IMG/VR virus record: IMGVR_UViG_3300037448_000006
Location: 1-46,101 of that record
From: a virus
Taxonomy: Duplodnaviria; Caudoviricetes
DNA length: 46,101 bases
Reading direction: 5' to 3' (one strand)
Shown one piece after another: positions 22,650 to 31,627 of this stretch; the first letter of the stretch is position 1, and each line of letters opens with the position of its first letter. Both the position numbers and the translations under genes were made by a program. The notes under the pieces are model-generated. The model saw only the letters and a list, made by a program, of their open reading frames with translations, ran no database searches and was not told the DNA's origin.

Positions 22650-22872
22650 GGTGACTCCTGATCCTGTCGAGAGCTTCGGCCGTGGGTAGATCCAGGGCTC
22701 CGGTCACAGATAGCCCCAGGAGGGCCTGGAAGCCCCTCAGGCGGGACTTTGTGGGGTCGTCCAGTGCTCCGGTCTCATCGAGGCCCATGATGCGCTGAGA
22801 GGCCCTTACAGCCTCTCTGTCGCGGTCCGTGACGGGAGCGAGGACCGGCCGGTGGAACCAGTCAGGAGGCAT
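22642..22872 (-). CDS. stand-alone peptidoglycan-binding domain protein
   Basis: VRASQRIMGL..TGALD..T..LRGFQ..GLSVTGALD (PG_binding_1-like repeats). Confidence 0.8.
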   Translation of the reverse strand: MPPDWFHRPVLAPVTDRDREAVRASQRIMGLDETGALDDPTKSRLRGFQALLGLSVTGALDLPTAEALDRIRSHHA

Positions 22873-23128
22873 CGAACCTCTCCCTTATCTCGGTGACGAT
22901 CTCCAGGACTTCGTCCACCTTCGCCCGCTGGGTGACCAGATCCTCCAGGACGACGATCCTCTGCTGAAGTACAGGGACTATCTCCACCTGGAGGCGCAGC
23001 TCCGAAAGCTGCGCCTGGAGCATGGTGATCGTAGACTCGGCCAGTGGAGTATTCCTCCGTCCACCCACGTACCCGCCGAGGACACCGGCAGCGCCGGTGG
23101 CAATGGCGACAAGGGTTCCCGCATCCAT
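22862..23128 (-). CDS. membrane protein with coiled coil (lysis cassette)
   Basis: N-terminal TM segment MDAGTLVAIATGAAGVLGGYVGG. Confidence 0.8.
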   Translation of the reverse strand: MDAGTLVAIATGAAGVLGGYVGGRRNTPLAESTITMLQAQLSELRLQVEIVPVLQQRIVVLEDLVTQRAKVDEVLEIVTEIRERFDAS

Positions 23129-25197
23129 CAGTCTGGCTCCGGAACATTGGGGACAAGGGTCGTGACGGCATCCGCCACAGTGCGCATCGTCACTGTCAGG
23201 TAGCCGCCATAGTTCTCCTTGTTCGGACCGGGAGTCGTCAGCATGGTGAACTGGTAGTCGTCGATGATGACCTGCGTGCTGATGTCCTGCGCCAGATCCT
23301 GGAAGGTCACCGTGTCCCCGCGCTGGCACATCTGCCGGATGGCAGTGAGGATGCTGATCGACTGCTGATCACCGGCAATACGGTTGCCGGTCTTGTCCTC
23401 CATGGAGTTGAAGCACAGGAACTGGTGGACCAGCATCCGCTGCTTCAGCGTGCCGGGAAGTGCCTTGATCTGCCACGAGTCCAGCTCTCCGCCGACCGTC
23501 ACGTCAGTGGCGGACCGGCGCAGCGTGAACCGCAGCGCCTCCCAGTTCCTCGGACCGCCAGGATTCGGGGTGGCGATGTCACCCGTGCCCGGATCCAGGT
23601 TCGGGCCGTAGGTCACGTAGTTCGTCATGCCGCCGGAGTCGTCCAGGACGGCGACGGTGACCTCTCCGAGCAGCGGAACAGGAGTCCTGATCGAGAAGTA
23701 CTTGAACAGCTTCGGCTCGATGGTGTTGAACCTGCACCGGCCGGTGTCCAGGAACCCGCTCTCGATCAGCTTGGACTCGTGCTCCACGTACACCTTGGCA
23801 TCGATGCCCGCCTCTGCGGAGAAAGCCACCCTGCCAGTACGGGTCGTGCAGACATCCTGTACAGCATCAGTGTTCGCAGGGAAGTACGTCCACGTGCAGT
23901 ACGGATTGAACACCGCACCGGTGTTCGTGTCGTTGATCAGCGTCCCCAGATCCACAGCCATGATCCCCTTGGAACCCTGGTGCTGCGACTCCCCGAGAGT
24001 CGCGATGTACGCGCGGTTCCCGTAGAACGCGATCTTCCCGAAGCCACTGTCCCCGGGAGTGACGGGGACAGTGAGGATCTGCGGACCGTAGGAGATCCCC
24101 GAACTGGTGAAGCTGCCCACTCGGATACCCGAGTTCGAGGTGATCACCATGAACGTGCTCACGTACGCCTGGCAGTCGTTGATCTTCTCGCCGTCCGGAA
24201 GGACGGCGGTCAGCGTGAGGCCGTTCACCAGCCCGTTGGTGTCGAACGTGGACTTGTAGATGTAGCCGCGCAGGTCGTCATTGGCCCCGACGTACACGGC
24301 GTCGGGGCCGTCCGTGATCGACACGATCGTCTGGTCCACAGGTATCGCGGCGTTCGGCGAGACGGGGAGAGCGGTGTTCGCTGCCGCATACGGGTCCAGC
24401 ATGTACAGCGAGTTGTTCGACCCGAAGGCGATGAGGCCCCTCGCCTTGGCGATCGTGGGGAAGTTGATGTTCGCCGGAGGCTGGTAGATCCGGGTGGCAG
24501 CGGCGGAGCCTTCGTCCACCCGCCAGATCCCCGAGTTCGCCACCGAGCTGTAGTCCGCCATGAAGACCACGGCGAAGTAGGTCTCCACAATCCCGGACAC
24601 CGCCTTGAACGTGGCGATGTCACCCGTGATGGACTGCGTGGAACCCGATGTCGGGATCACGGCCGTGGAGTTGATCGTCAGATCCGAAGCGGCCACCTGC
24701 CGCATCTCCACCGTGTCACCACGAGCCACCCATACGCAGTCGCCGAATCCGTTGATCTGCGAGGCCAGGTAGGCGAAGCCACTGTTCGTCCCGCCAATGG
24801 CCGTGCACTGCTCGGTCTCCCTGAGGAGACCGAGCAGGTCAGGATCCGTGAACGGGTCGACGCCGAGGCTCTGCGCGAACCTGATGTTCTTCGCAGTCCC
24901 CTGCGTATCAGGGTCCTGGTAGACGATCCCCGCACCGCCCGAGAACGAGGACTGGGAGCGCAGCCACCACTGGTTCAGGCTGTACTCGCCGGGATCCTTG
25001 AACGCGTCGAACTGGTCCTTGCGCTGCGGAACAGGCTTCTCGGTGTCCGGCCTGGTGTCGCCCGTTGCCGAGAGGAGCGGGATGCCGCCAATGGCGTAGT
25101 CGTACTGGTAGTCCATCGGGACATAGAGCCCCGATGATGCCGCGACCCTGCCGCTGACCTTGTAGACGATCTTCTGGACAAGAGATCCGTAACCCAT
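23128..25197 (-). CDS. tail protein (nozzle / beta-propeller-like)
   Basis: 689 aa, beta-rich, podovirus tail position. Confidence 0.75.
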   Translation of the reverse strand: MGYGSLVQKIVYKVSGRVAASSGLYVPMDYQYDYAIGGIPLLSATGDTRPDTEKPVPQRKDQFDAFKDPGEYSLNQWWLRSQSSFSGGAGIVYQDPDTQGTAKNIRFAQSLGVDPFTDPDLLGLLRETEQCTAIGGTNSGFAYLASQINGFGDCVWVARGDTVEMRQVAASDLTINSTAVIPTSGSTQSITGDIATFKAVSGIVETYFAVVFMADYSSVANSGIWRVDEGSAAATRIYQPPANINFPTIAKARGLIAFGSNNSLYMLDPYAAANTALPVSPNAAIPVDQTIVSITDGPDAVYVGANDDLRGYIYKSTFDTNGLVNGLTLTAVLPDGEKINDCQAYVSTFMVITSNSGIRVGSFTSSGISYGPQILTVPVTPGDSGFGKIAFYGNRAYIATLGESQHQGSKGIMAVDLGTLINDTNTGAVFNPYCTWTYFPANTDAVQDVCTTRTGRVAFSAEAGIDAKVYVEHESKLIESGFLDTGRCRFNTIEPKLFKYFSIRTPVPLLGEVTVAVLDDSGGMTNYVTYGPNLDPGTGDIATPNPGGPRNWEALRFTLRRSATDVTVGGELDSWQIKALPGTLKQRMLVHQFLCFNSMEDKTGNRIAGDQQSISILTAIRQMCQRGDTVTFQDLAQDISTQVIIDDYQFTMLTTPGPNKENYGGYLTVTMRTVADAVTTLVPNVPEPD

Positions 25198-25205
25198 GAG
25201 ACCCC

Positions 25206-26072
25206 CTATCCGATGAGAGGAACTGCCGAGATGTTCCTGTAGTCGATCTGAGCGGCATTGGCATTCACCCGGAACATCCAGGTGAAGGTGACGGTCTCAC
25301 CGGGCGTAGCACCGGACACGATGTACGACTCGGTTCCGGGCTGGTTGTCCTGCCCGGAACCATTGATGAGCTTCATCGCGGTCGCATCGTTGGCGGACCG
25401 GAGAGTGCCGCTCGAAGATCCGACCGCCTGGACTGCGGCGAACAGGATCGGACCATCAGTGTTGATGTACAGCTGGCATCTGGCGACAACCATCAGCTTG
25501 CCGGAAGGAGGAGCGATCGCCGTGGTGAACACCGGTATCGCGCCAGAGGTGTACGACGTGGACGACACCACCTCGGCAGCAGCGCTCTCGGTGAATGCCG
25601 ATGCCATGCCCGTAGCGCGCACAGTTGAGGTGGTGTTGATCACGGCGGCTCCGTTGACGGAGCCGCCGTTGATGGTGGGAGTCGTGAGTGTCTTGTTCGT
25701 CAGGGTCTGAACGTCCGTCGTTCCGACGACGGACGATGCACCACCGATGCCATGAACGCCGATCGAGGACCCTTCGTGCGAACGGCTGTCGTTGCCGTCC
25801 TTGGCGATCCACGTGTGCCTGACACCGGCACCCACGTTGTGCGAGGTGGCCGAGGTTCCGTCGTACGCACGGGTGACCGTCCACACGGTACCGGCCACGG
25901 CGGTGACCAGAACCACCTCTTCGGAGGAAGTTCCGTAATCCAGTGCCGCGCCGAACGGCGTGGTCGGGTAGCCGGTGGACGACGCCACATTGATGGTGAG
26001 GTTGCCCGGGCCGATGTTGGACGTGAGGGTGGTCGGCACGGCGGTGTTGGCATAGAAGCGGGACTGCGCCAT
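25206..26072 (-). CDS. tail fiber / minor tail protein
   Basis: TVTRAYDGTSA..H..GA.VRH and QTLTNKTLT motifs. Confidence 0.8.
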   Translation of the reverse strand: MAQSRFYANTAVPTTLTSNIGPGNLTINVASSTGYPTTPFGAALDYGTSSEEVVLVTAVAGTVWTVTRAYDGTSATSHNVGAGVRHTWIAKDGNDSRSHEGSSIGVHGIGGASSVVGTTDVQTLTNKTLTTPTINGGSVNGAAVINTTSTVRATGMASAFTESAAAEVVSSTSYTSGAIPVFTTAIAPPSGKLMVVARCQLYINTDGPILFAAVQAVGSSSGTLRSANDATAMKLINGSGQDNQPGTESYIVSGATPGETVTFTWMFRVNANAAQIDYRNISAVPLIG

Positions 26073-26081
26073 GTCGCCTCC

Positions 26082-26999
26082 TTACGCGAGGAACGTCTGA
26101 TAGGACGGGAAGAGCTGGTGGAGTCGCTCCACTTCCTGATCGAAGCGCTGCTGGTACAGCTGCCAGAAGTAGCGACTGGCCGAGGTTGCCGCTCCCGTCG
26201 GCACGAGAGGAGCACGCTCCGTGGACTCGACACTCTTCTGCTGAAGACGGGCGGGCTCGACTCCCGAAAGGAGTCGAGCCACAGCACCGAACTGGATCAT
26301 GTCGATGTAGCGCTCCGGATAGCCGGTGGTCGCCTCGAACGGATCACTGTTGCTGGTGAGTGTCCCCGGCTTCTTGGTGTACATGGCGCGGATCGTCCTT
26401 CCGGGGACGATCTGATCCATCACTTCGAGCGTCTTGTTCGTGGTCAGGCCGGAAGCTGGATCGTTCTGCGCCTGCGAGTTGAAGCGCCACCGCTGCGCCT
26501 GGAACTTCACCTTGGATGGGCCGATCGTGTCGGCCGTCACCTTGTACACGCCCTCCGCCTCGGCGGGCATCTGGTACTCGTAGCGCGCGGCGGTCTTCGG
26601 GAACTCGAAGGCGGACATCACGTACAGATCCGGATAGGTGGCCTGGATCGTGTCGTTGATGGCCTCAGTGATCCGCTGTCGCGGGAAGTCCGGGTCCATC
26701 GTGACGATGGCATTCAGATCATGGAAGACGGCCGTGGTGTTCTCGACACCACGGCCGTTGGTACCGGCCGCCACGTTGACCAGGCCGACTTGAGTGTTGA
26801 AGTTGTTGACGATCAGGAGTTCGTCGTCGATCTGGACCAGACCTCGGGTGACCGAGTTCGAGGTTCCGATGTCCACCAGGAACGAGGTGTCCAGGGCGGT
26901 CATGGCCTGGGCCAGCCAGGTGATCTGCTCCTGGTTGCGGGTGTACCCCTGAAGGAGCTGGCTGATGCGCCCCTTCATATCGCCCAGGGTGACTGCCAT
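26082..26999 (-). CDS. tail adaptor / tubular protein
   Basis: 305 aa; RQRITEAINDTI..YP and FGAVARLL; position. Confidence 0.7.
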   Translation of the reverse strand: MAVTLGDMKGRISQLLQGYTRNQEQITWLAQAMTALDTSFLVDIGTSNSVTRGLVQIDDELLIVNNFNTQVGLVNVAAGTNGRGVENTTAVFHDLNAIVTMDPDFPRQRITEAINDTIQATYPDLYVMSAFEFPKTAARYEYQMPAEAEGVYKVTADTIGPSKVKFQAQRWRFNSQAQNDPASGLTTNKTLEVMDQIVPGRTIRAMYTKKPGTLTSNSDPFEATTGYPERYIDMIQFGAVARLLSGVEPARLQQKSVESTERAPLVPTGAATSASRYFWQLYQQRFDQEVERLHQLFPSYQTFLA

Positions 27000-27008
27000 G
27001 ATGGCCCC

Positions 27009-27377
27009 TTAGAGGAGAAAGCCGTTGATGGTCACGGAGGCGCTCGAAGCGCCTCCGGTGTTGAAGTCCAGGGTGCAGCCGTTGTCCCCGCCCCAGACGA
27101 GTATCTCCGTGGTGTTGGAGTCCGTGATCGTCGTGAGAGCCAGCCCAGTGACGGACAGGCGGGCGAGAACCGAACCATTGCCCGGAGCGGCACCGGAAGT
27201 GCCGCCCGGGACCACGTACGTCACGCGCGGGATGGCAGTACCGGCGATGGTGTGCGATGCGGAGAGCTGCACATTGGCAGTGAACCAGCGCCCGCCGGGA
27301 ACGGTGACGATCCCGGTACTGTTCGCTGTCGCGGAGGCGTTGATGATATCGGAAGCGGGAGGTCCTGCGACGATCAC
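27009..27377 (-). CDS. putative structural protein
   Basis: GTG start MIVAGPP; beta-rich. Confidence 0.75.
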   Translation of the reverse strand: MIVAGPPASDIINASATANSTGIVTVPGGRWFTANVQLSASHTIAGTAIPRVTYVVPGGTSGAAPGNGSVLARLSVTGLALTTITDSNTTEILVWGGDNGCTLDFNTGGASSASVTINGFLL

Positions 27378-27946
27378 TAAAGGCTCTTCTCTGCCCAGAT
27401 GTACTGGAGATCCCAGCGGACATCGGTGTCGCCGCTGGGAGTGTTGAAGACGATCCCCTCGCCAGGAAGGAACACGAACGAGGCACCCGGAGTCGGGGCG
27501 ACGGTCTGACCGTTCTGGGCGCCGTTGCCCACAACCATGGGGATCCCGATCATCGGGTTGGTCCCATTGGTATTGGTCGTGGTGGGGTTGCCGGTGCGGA
27601 CCTCGCACGCGGGGTTCGCGAAGGCGGTGGCGAACCGGTTCACGTTGGCTGCCGTGGTCTGAGTGCCGCCAGAAGCGGCACTCGTCCTGAAGGCCCTGAG
27701 GGAACTCGGGGTGGTGATGGAGTTGAGGGAGTAGCTGGACGCGCTGAACCCGAGGGCGATAGCGATCTTGCCACTGCCGACCGGATTGAACACGGACAGA
27801 TAGTTGTTCGACCCGACAACGCCAGGGTCGTCCACATTGGCGTGGAAGTAGACGCCGGTCCATGTGGGGTCGATCCCGGTGAACGTCGGGATCGACTGGC
27901 TGGTTGGGTCGTTGACGATCGTGATCGCCTGGGAGGATGCAGCCAT
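27377..27946 (-). CDS. putative structural protein
   Basis: 189 aa ending LPGEGIV..W.E. Confidence 0.8.
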   Translation of the reverse strand: MAASSQAITIVNDPTSQSIPTFTGIDPTWTGVYFHANVDDPGVVGSNNYLSVFNPVGSGKIAIALGFSASSYSLNSITTPSSLRAFRTSAASGGTQTTAANVNRFATAFANPACEVRTGNPTTTNTNGTNPMIGIPMVVGNGAQNGQTVAPTPGASFVFLPGEGIVFNTPSGDTDVRWDLQYIWAEKSL

Positions 27947-27947
27947 G

Positions 27948-28448
27948 CTATGCCGCCATCATTCGAACAGTGATGGTGCCGGTACCACCGGCACCCGAGA
28001 GGTTCACGCGAGCGTAGCGAGAGGCGCGCCCGGTGGAGAAGAGTCCCTGATTCGTGGCCGCCACGATCGTGCCCGTAGTTCCCGACGGCACCCAGTTGCC
28101 TCCGTCGTCGGACAGCTCTAGGGTCACCGTTCCGGTGAGGGTTCCGGTCGGGAAGCAGAAGGCCGTCCAGTTGGCCTTGGCGCTACCGGCATCCACTCCG
28201 GCGCCGGAGATGTTCGTGCTGGCACCGGCGATCGTGGTACCACTGAGCACCGTTCCACCGGCAACCGCCAGAGCGTTGCCGGTGAGGGAGTTCTGCACGA
28301 TGCCAGCCGTCACCGTGCCATCGGTGATCTTCACCGAGGATGCGGTGCCCGGAGTATTCGGCGCACTGGATACCAGGATCGGGGTCGTCGGCGACGAGAC
28401 GCCGGTGGTGGCGTCCTTCCCGTAGGCGATGACTTCCATTACTGCCAT
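27948..28448 (-). CDS. putative structural protein
   Basis: VTLELSDDGGNW...RYARV beta-sandwich-like motif. Confidence 0.8.
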   Translation of the reverse strand: MAVMEVIAYGKDATTGVSSPTTPILVSSAPNTPGTASSVKITDGTVTAGIVQNSLTGNALAVAGGTVLSGTTIAGASTNISGAGVDAGSAKANWTAFCFPTGTLTGTVTLELSDDGGNWVPSGTTGTIVAATNQGLFSTGRASRYARVNLSGAGGTGTITVRMMAA

Positions 28449-28684
28449 GGCTTCTCCGCGTCGTAGGCCACTCCTGTGGCGTCGCTGATACGTACGGCCT
28501 TGTCCACCTCGGCCATGGAGGTTCCGGCGGGCTGGATGCCCGCCGCTACCGCGTTGTCGTAGGCATCGAGTTCACGATCCCAGGCACGGTCGCGGACGTA
28601 CACTTCGCCCGTGTTGATGCTCAGGCCCTTGCAGCACTCGGCGTAGGACCGGTGGTTCCGCGTAGGGCATCCGGATCGGCACAT
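28439..28684 (-). CDS. hypothetical protein
   Basis: CRSGCPT..H.SYAEC and WDRELDAY..GIQPAGT. Confidence 0.8.
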   Translation of the reverse strand: MCRSGCPTRNHRSYAECCKGLSINTGEVYVRDRAWDRELDAYDNAVAAGIQPAGTSMAEVDKAVRISDATGVAYDAEKPWQ

Positions 28685-28944
28685 CAGTCGTCGTCACCGA
28701 CACTGTTCGTGGTGTAGATGCCCACCTTGTGGGCATCGTGACTGCTGGACATGTAGCCCGTGGAGACACGCTGTGCGATGGACAGGATGTAGCCGTCCAG
28801 GCGGGCCTTCTCGTCACCCTCGATGAGAGTGGTGTTCCCGCCGGGAGTGGCGGGGTTGCAGCAGGGTTCGTTGCACTTGAACTCCGGACCCCGACGGTCC
28901 GGAGCATGCGTCTTGCTGGGGTCGATGCTGGTTCCGTGTGCCAT
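28684..28944 (-). CDS. hypothetical protein
   Basis: GAGG RBS, coupled at both ends. Confidence 0.75.
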   Translation of the reverse strand: MAHGTSIDPSKTHAPDRRGPEFKCNEPCCNPATPGGNTTLIEGDEKARLDGYILSIAQRVSTGYMSSSHDAHKVGIYTTNSVGDDD

Positions 28945-29147
28945 CAGTTCCTCGCAATTCCTGCATTGGCCCACATGACGGCCTCTTCGATCTTCGTGAG
29001 AGCCAGAGACTTCTCGCGGGAAGGGAGCATCACGGTATCCAGGAAGGTGGCGAATTCCTTGCCGAACCCCCTGGCCTGCTGGTGAAGCTCGACCTTCGCC
29101 CCGGAGGGCTCGTGGTAGGTGAAGTTCTTCTGGAGATCCTCGCTCAC
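28944..29147 (-). CDS. Acb2/Tad1-like hairpin protein (candidate nucleotide-signal sponge)
   Basis: NFTYHEP...PSREKSLALTKIEEAVMWANAGIARN. Confidence 0.7.
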   Translation of the reverse strand: MSEDLQKNFTYHEPSGAKVELHQQARGFGKEFATFLDTVMLPSREKSLALTKIEEAVMWANAGIARN

Positions 29148-29314
29148 TTCTTCTTCCCCTTCGCCGCCATGGCCGCCATCTTCTTGGCGCCGTACTTCTT
29201 GCGACCCGCAGCAGCGGCGATCGCCTTGCCCTTCTCTCCGCCGCCCGCCGCCTTGGCGACGGCGGCGAACCTGCCGCCCTGGCCCAGCGGCGCGTTCTTG
29301 TTCGGCTTCGCCAT
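29144..29314 (-). CDS. small basic Ala/Lys/Gly-rich protein (56 aa)
   Basis: MAKPNKNAPLGQGGRFAAVAK...GRKKYGAKKMAAMAAKGKKK; AGGAG RBS. Confidence 0.8.
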   Translation of the reverse strand: MAKPNKNAPLGQGGRFAAVAKAAGGGEKGKAIAAAAGRKKYGAKKMAAMAAKGKKK

Positions 29315-29323
29315 GCTTCTCTC

Positions 29324-29647
29324 CTATGCGATCACGAAGTTGGCATTGGTGATCCCGATGCCGGAGTTGATGAGGTCGGCCTTCGTGGTGTCGTCCACGA
29401 TCCAGGCGTATCCGCCACGGAAAGTGTTCAGGCCGGTCGGCTGGATGCTGGGCTGCGAAGGCTGGGCTGGGAGGTTCGCGGATCCGAGTTCGTCTGTGTA
29501 GGCCGCGTAGCGTTCGAGGACGTAGTTCGGACCGGGTGCCGTCTGCTTGACGGTGACCCCGCGATTCATGCGGTACCGCTCGTGGAGGTCGTTCCAGGCG
29601 AACGGGGCCTCCGAGGTGGTCGGGGTAGTGAAGATCCAGAGGGCCAT
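29324..29647 (-). CDS. hypothetical protein downstream of capsid
   Basis: AAGGA RBS, 107 aa. Confidence 0.85.
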   Translation of the reverse strand: MALWIFTTPTTSEAPFAWNDLHERYRMNRGVTVKQTAPGPNYVLERYAAYTDELGSANLPAQPSQPSIQPTGLNTFRGGYAWIVDDTTKADLINSGIGITNANFVIA

Positions 29648-29700
29648 GATCTATCCTTCGGCAGCATTCGTTACGCTCAGGGTGCAACAAATGCTGCACA

Positions 29701-29732
29701 AGGAAAGAGGCGGCCCCCGAAAGGGCCGCCTC
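29701..29732 (-). terminator. Post-capsid terminator
   Basis: GAGGCGGCCC-TTTCGG-GGGCCGCCTC-TTTCC on the - strand. Confidence 0.8.
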
Positions 29733-29741
29733 CAAGTGGTG

Positions 29742-30737
29742 CTACGCGTTCGGGCGAGCGGTCGCCGAGTTCTGCGCCAGGATCAGCGCCTCCGGACGGT
29801 ACAGGGACCAGCCAGCCACGCCGTACCAGCCGAGCGGCTGGAAGCGGGTCAGCTTGTCGACCACCGGACCACGGATGGTGTGGAACTCCTCCGCGACAGC
29901 CTCGGCGAGAGCCTGCTGACCGGTGAAGTAGGTGTTGAACACGCGGGTCTGGGTGCCACCGGCACCCGCACCGACCTGGGCGTTGATCGCACGCGGGGTC
30001 TCGATGTAGACGGCACCCTCGTACTCGCCGATGTTGCCCGCCCAGATGTTCCCCGCAGCGGAGAACTCGTGCGGCTGGCGCCACGAACCGGCACCGGTCT
30101 CACGCCGCAGGTCTCGGGAGACCTGCGGGTGGATATACGCGGTGTAGTAGGTGCCCTTGTTCGGGTGCACCTTGTTGGTCCGCAGCTGGGTGACGCAGAA
30201 GTTCGCCTCGTCGGAGTTGAACGTGTTGTTCGCGCCGTTGGCGATAGTGTTCAGTGCGGTCGGCTGAGTCGGGGTGGTGCCGAAGCCGTAGGTGACGGCA
30301 CCGGTGGCCGGGTCGCGCCGAACGGTCTGAGTACTGGCGGCCAGAACGTTCTGGACCACGAGGTCCACGGAGTCGGCCAGGTTCCACGCGACCTGGTTGA
30401 CGAGACCGGCAGTCACGTCGGTGAAGCTCATCAGGTCGAGCTTGTTGGAGACCAGGATCGAGTTGCCGTACTCCAGGAGAGTCACGGAGACCGTGGACGG
30501 GTTGCCAGCGGCAACGGCGTCGGGGTCGACCAGCTCATTGAGCGGAGTGATCTGCTGCGCGAGATCCTGGTAGATCTCGAACACGACGCTGGAGCCGGGC
30601 ATCGCCTGCTGCACCGGTCGCTTGTCGGCGACCGTGCGGAACAGGGGCTGGGCACGCAGGGCGAACTCAAGAGCGCGGTCGTACGCGGTCTGGACGATGT
30701 TCGCCATGGCTGCGGTGCCGGTAAAGGCGTTTGCCAT
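29742..30737 (-). CDS. major capsid protein (N4-gp56-like family)
   Basis: AYDRALEFALR, LLEYGN, YIHPQV..DLR, IGEYEG and GWYG; follows scaffold. Confidence 0.9.
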   Translation of the reverse strand: MANAFTGTAAMANIVQTAYDRALEFALRAQPLFRTVADKRPVQQAMPGSSVVFEIYQDLAQQITPLNELVDPDAVAAGNPSTVSVTLLEYGNSILVSNKLDLMSFTDVTAGLVNQVAWNLADSVDLVVQNVLAASTQTVRRDPATGAVTYGFGTTPTQPTALNTIANGANNTFNSDEANFCVTQLRTNKVHPNKGTYYTAYIHPQVSRDLRRETGAGSWRQPHEFSAAGNIWAGNIGEYEGAVYIETPRAINAQVGAGAGGTQTRVFNTYFTGQQALAEAVAEEFHTIRGPVVDKLTRFQPLGWYGVAGWSLYRPEALILAQNSATARPNA

Positions 30738-30772
30738 GTCACATCCTTAAGGGAGGATGCGGCCCTTGAGTG

Positions 30773-31240
30773 CTACTTGAGCTTGCTGAGGGCCGCGATC
30801 AGGTCTGCGGTGGAGTTGGCGCCGGAGAGATCGCCTGCGATCGCCTCCAGGTTGCCGACCGTCGCAGCACCCGAACCCTGCTGGTTCATCTTCTCGTACT
30901 GGGCCTGGGTTTCCGTGGCCAGGGAAGTGCCAGTGGTTTCGGTCTGCGACGGAGCGACGCCCAGGGCGTCGCGGAAGTCGTTGAGCCACGTGTTGACCTT
31001 GTCGGGGTCGGCGTCGCCCGTGTAGTGCTTCGCCAGCGAGCGCTTGGCGCCCGCAGCCTCGATGAGGTCAGCGGCGGTGTTCCGGCGGTTGACGGCCTCC
31101 AGTGCCTCCAGTCGCTCCATGAGCTTCTGGTTCTGGTCCTTCTGTGCCCGGTAGGCATCCTTCAGGGCCTTGTTGGCGTTGCCGAACTGGGGCTCGGTCT
31201 CTTCGCCGCTTTCGCCGGTGATTTCCCACTCGTTGCTCAT
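30773..31240 (-). CDS. scaffolding protein
   Basis: Acidic N-terminus, helical, immediately upstream of capsid; AAGGAG RBS. Confidence 0.75.
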   Translation of the reverse strand: MSNEWEITGESGEETEPQFGNANKALKDAYRAQKDQNQKLMERLEALEAVNRRNTAADLIEAAGAKRSLAKHYTGDADPDKVNTWLNDFRDALGVAPSQTETTGTSLATETQAQYEKMNQQGSGAATVGNLEAIAGDLSGANSTADLIAALSKLK

Positions 31241-31361
31241 TGACTTGCTCCCTTGTCTTGGATGTGTTGGCGAACGCTAACGCCGTCCGTAGGGGACGGA
31301 CGGCGAGACTCGCTCTACCGGTCTTGAGTGTCGTGATCGGGGCCGGTGGGTCCGATCAGAG

Positions 31362-31433
31362 CTGACCAAACAGGATTCGAACCTGTAACCAAAGCCTTAA
31401 CAGGACTCTGCTCTACCGTTGAGCTATTGGTCA
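31362..31433 (-). tRNA. tRNA-Asn(GTT)
   Basis: TGACCAA-TA-GCTC AACGGTA GAGC-A-GAGTC CTGTTAA GGCTT-TGGTT-ACAGG TTCGAAT CCTGT-TTGGTCA-G; CCA not encoded. Confidence 0.93.
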
Positions 31434-31504
31434 CCGCCCCAGATTCCGTAACCGTGATCCGGAGCGTCCTCCGGCGGCGTGGGCAACGATCCCACCTGGG
31501 GTAG

Positions 31505-31562
31505 TGCACCTGAGGGAATCGAACCCCCAACACTGTGCGCACAGTGCCATCCGTTGCGGTGC
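31505..31562 (-). ncRNA. Second mini tRNA-like element / degenerate tRNA
   Basis: GCACC...GGTGC-A acceptor; T arm GGGGG-TTCGATT-CCCTC; CACTG/CAGTG middle stem; no D stem. Confidence 0.55.
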
Positions 31563-31627
31563 GAAGGGGTGCATCAGGCTCTCGGTCTGCCCCAAGCCAC
31601 CTGATGCCGTCCCTCAGTACAATTGTA

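Noticed and set aside
31362-31433. tRNA or tRNA-like segments as attP / prophage signal
   Set aside because: No integrase or repressor in a genome that appears complete.
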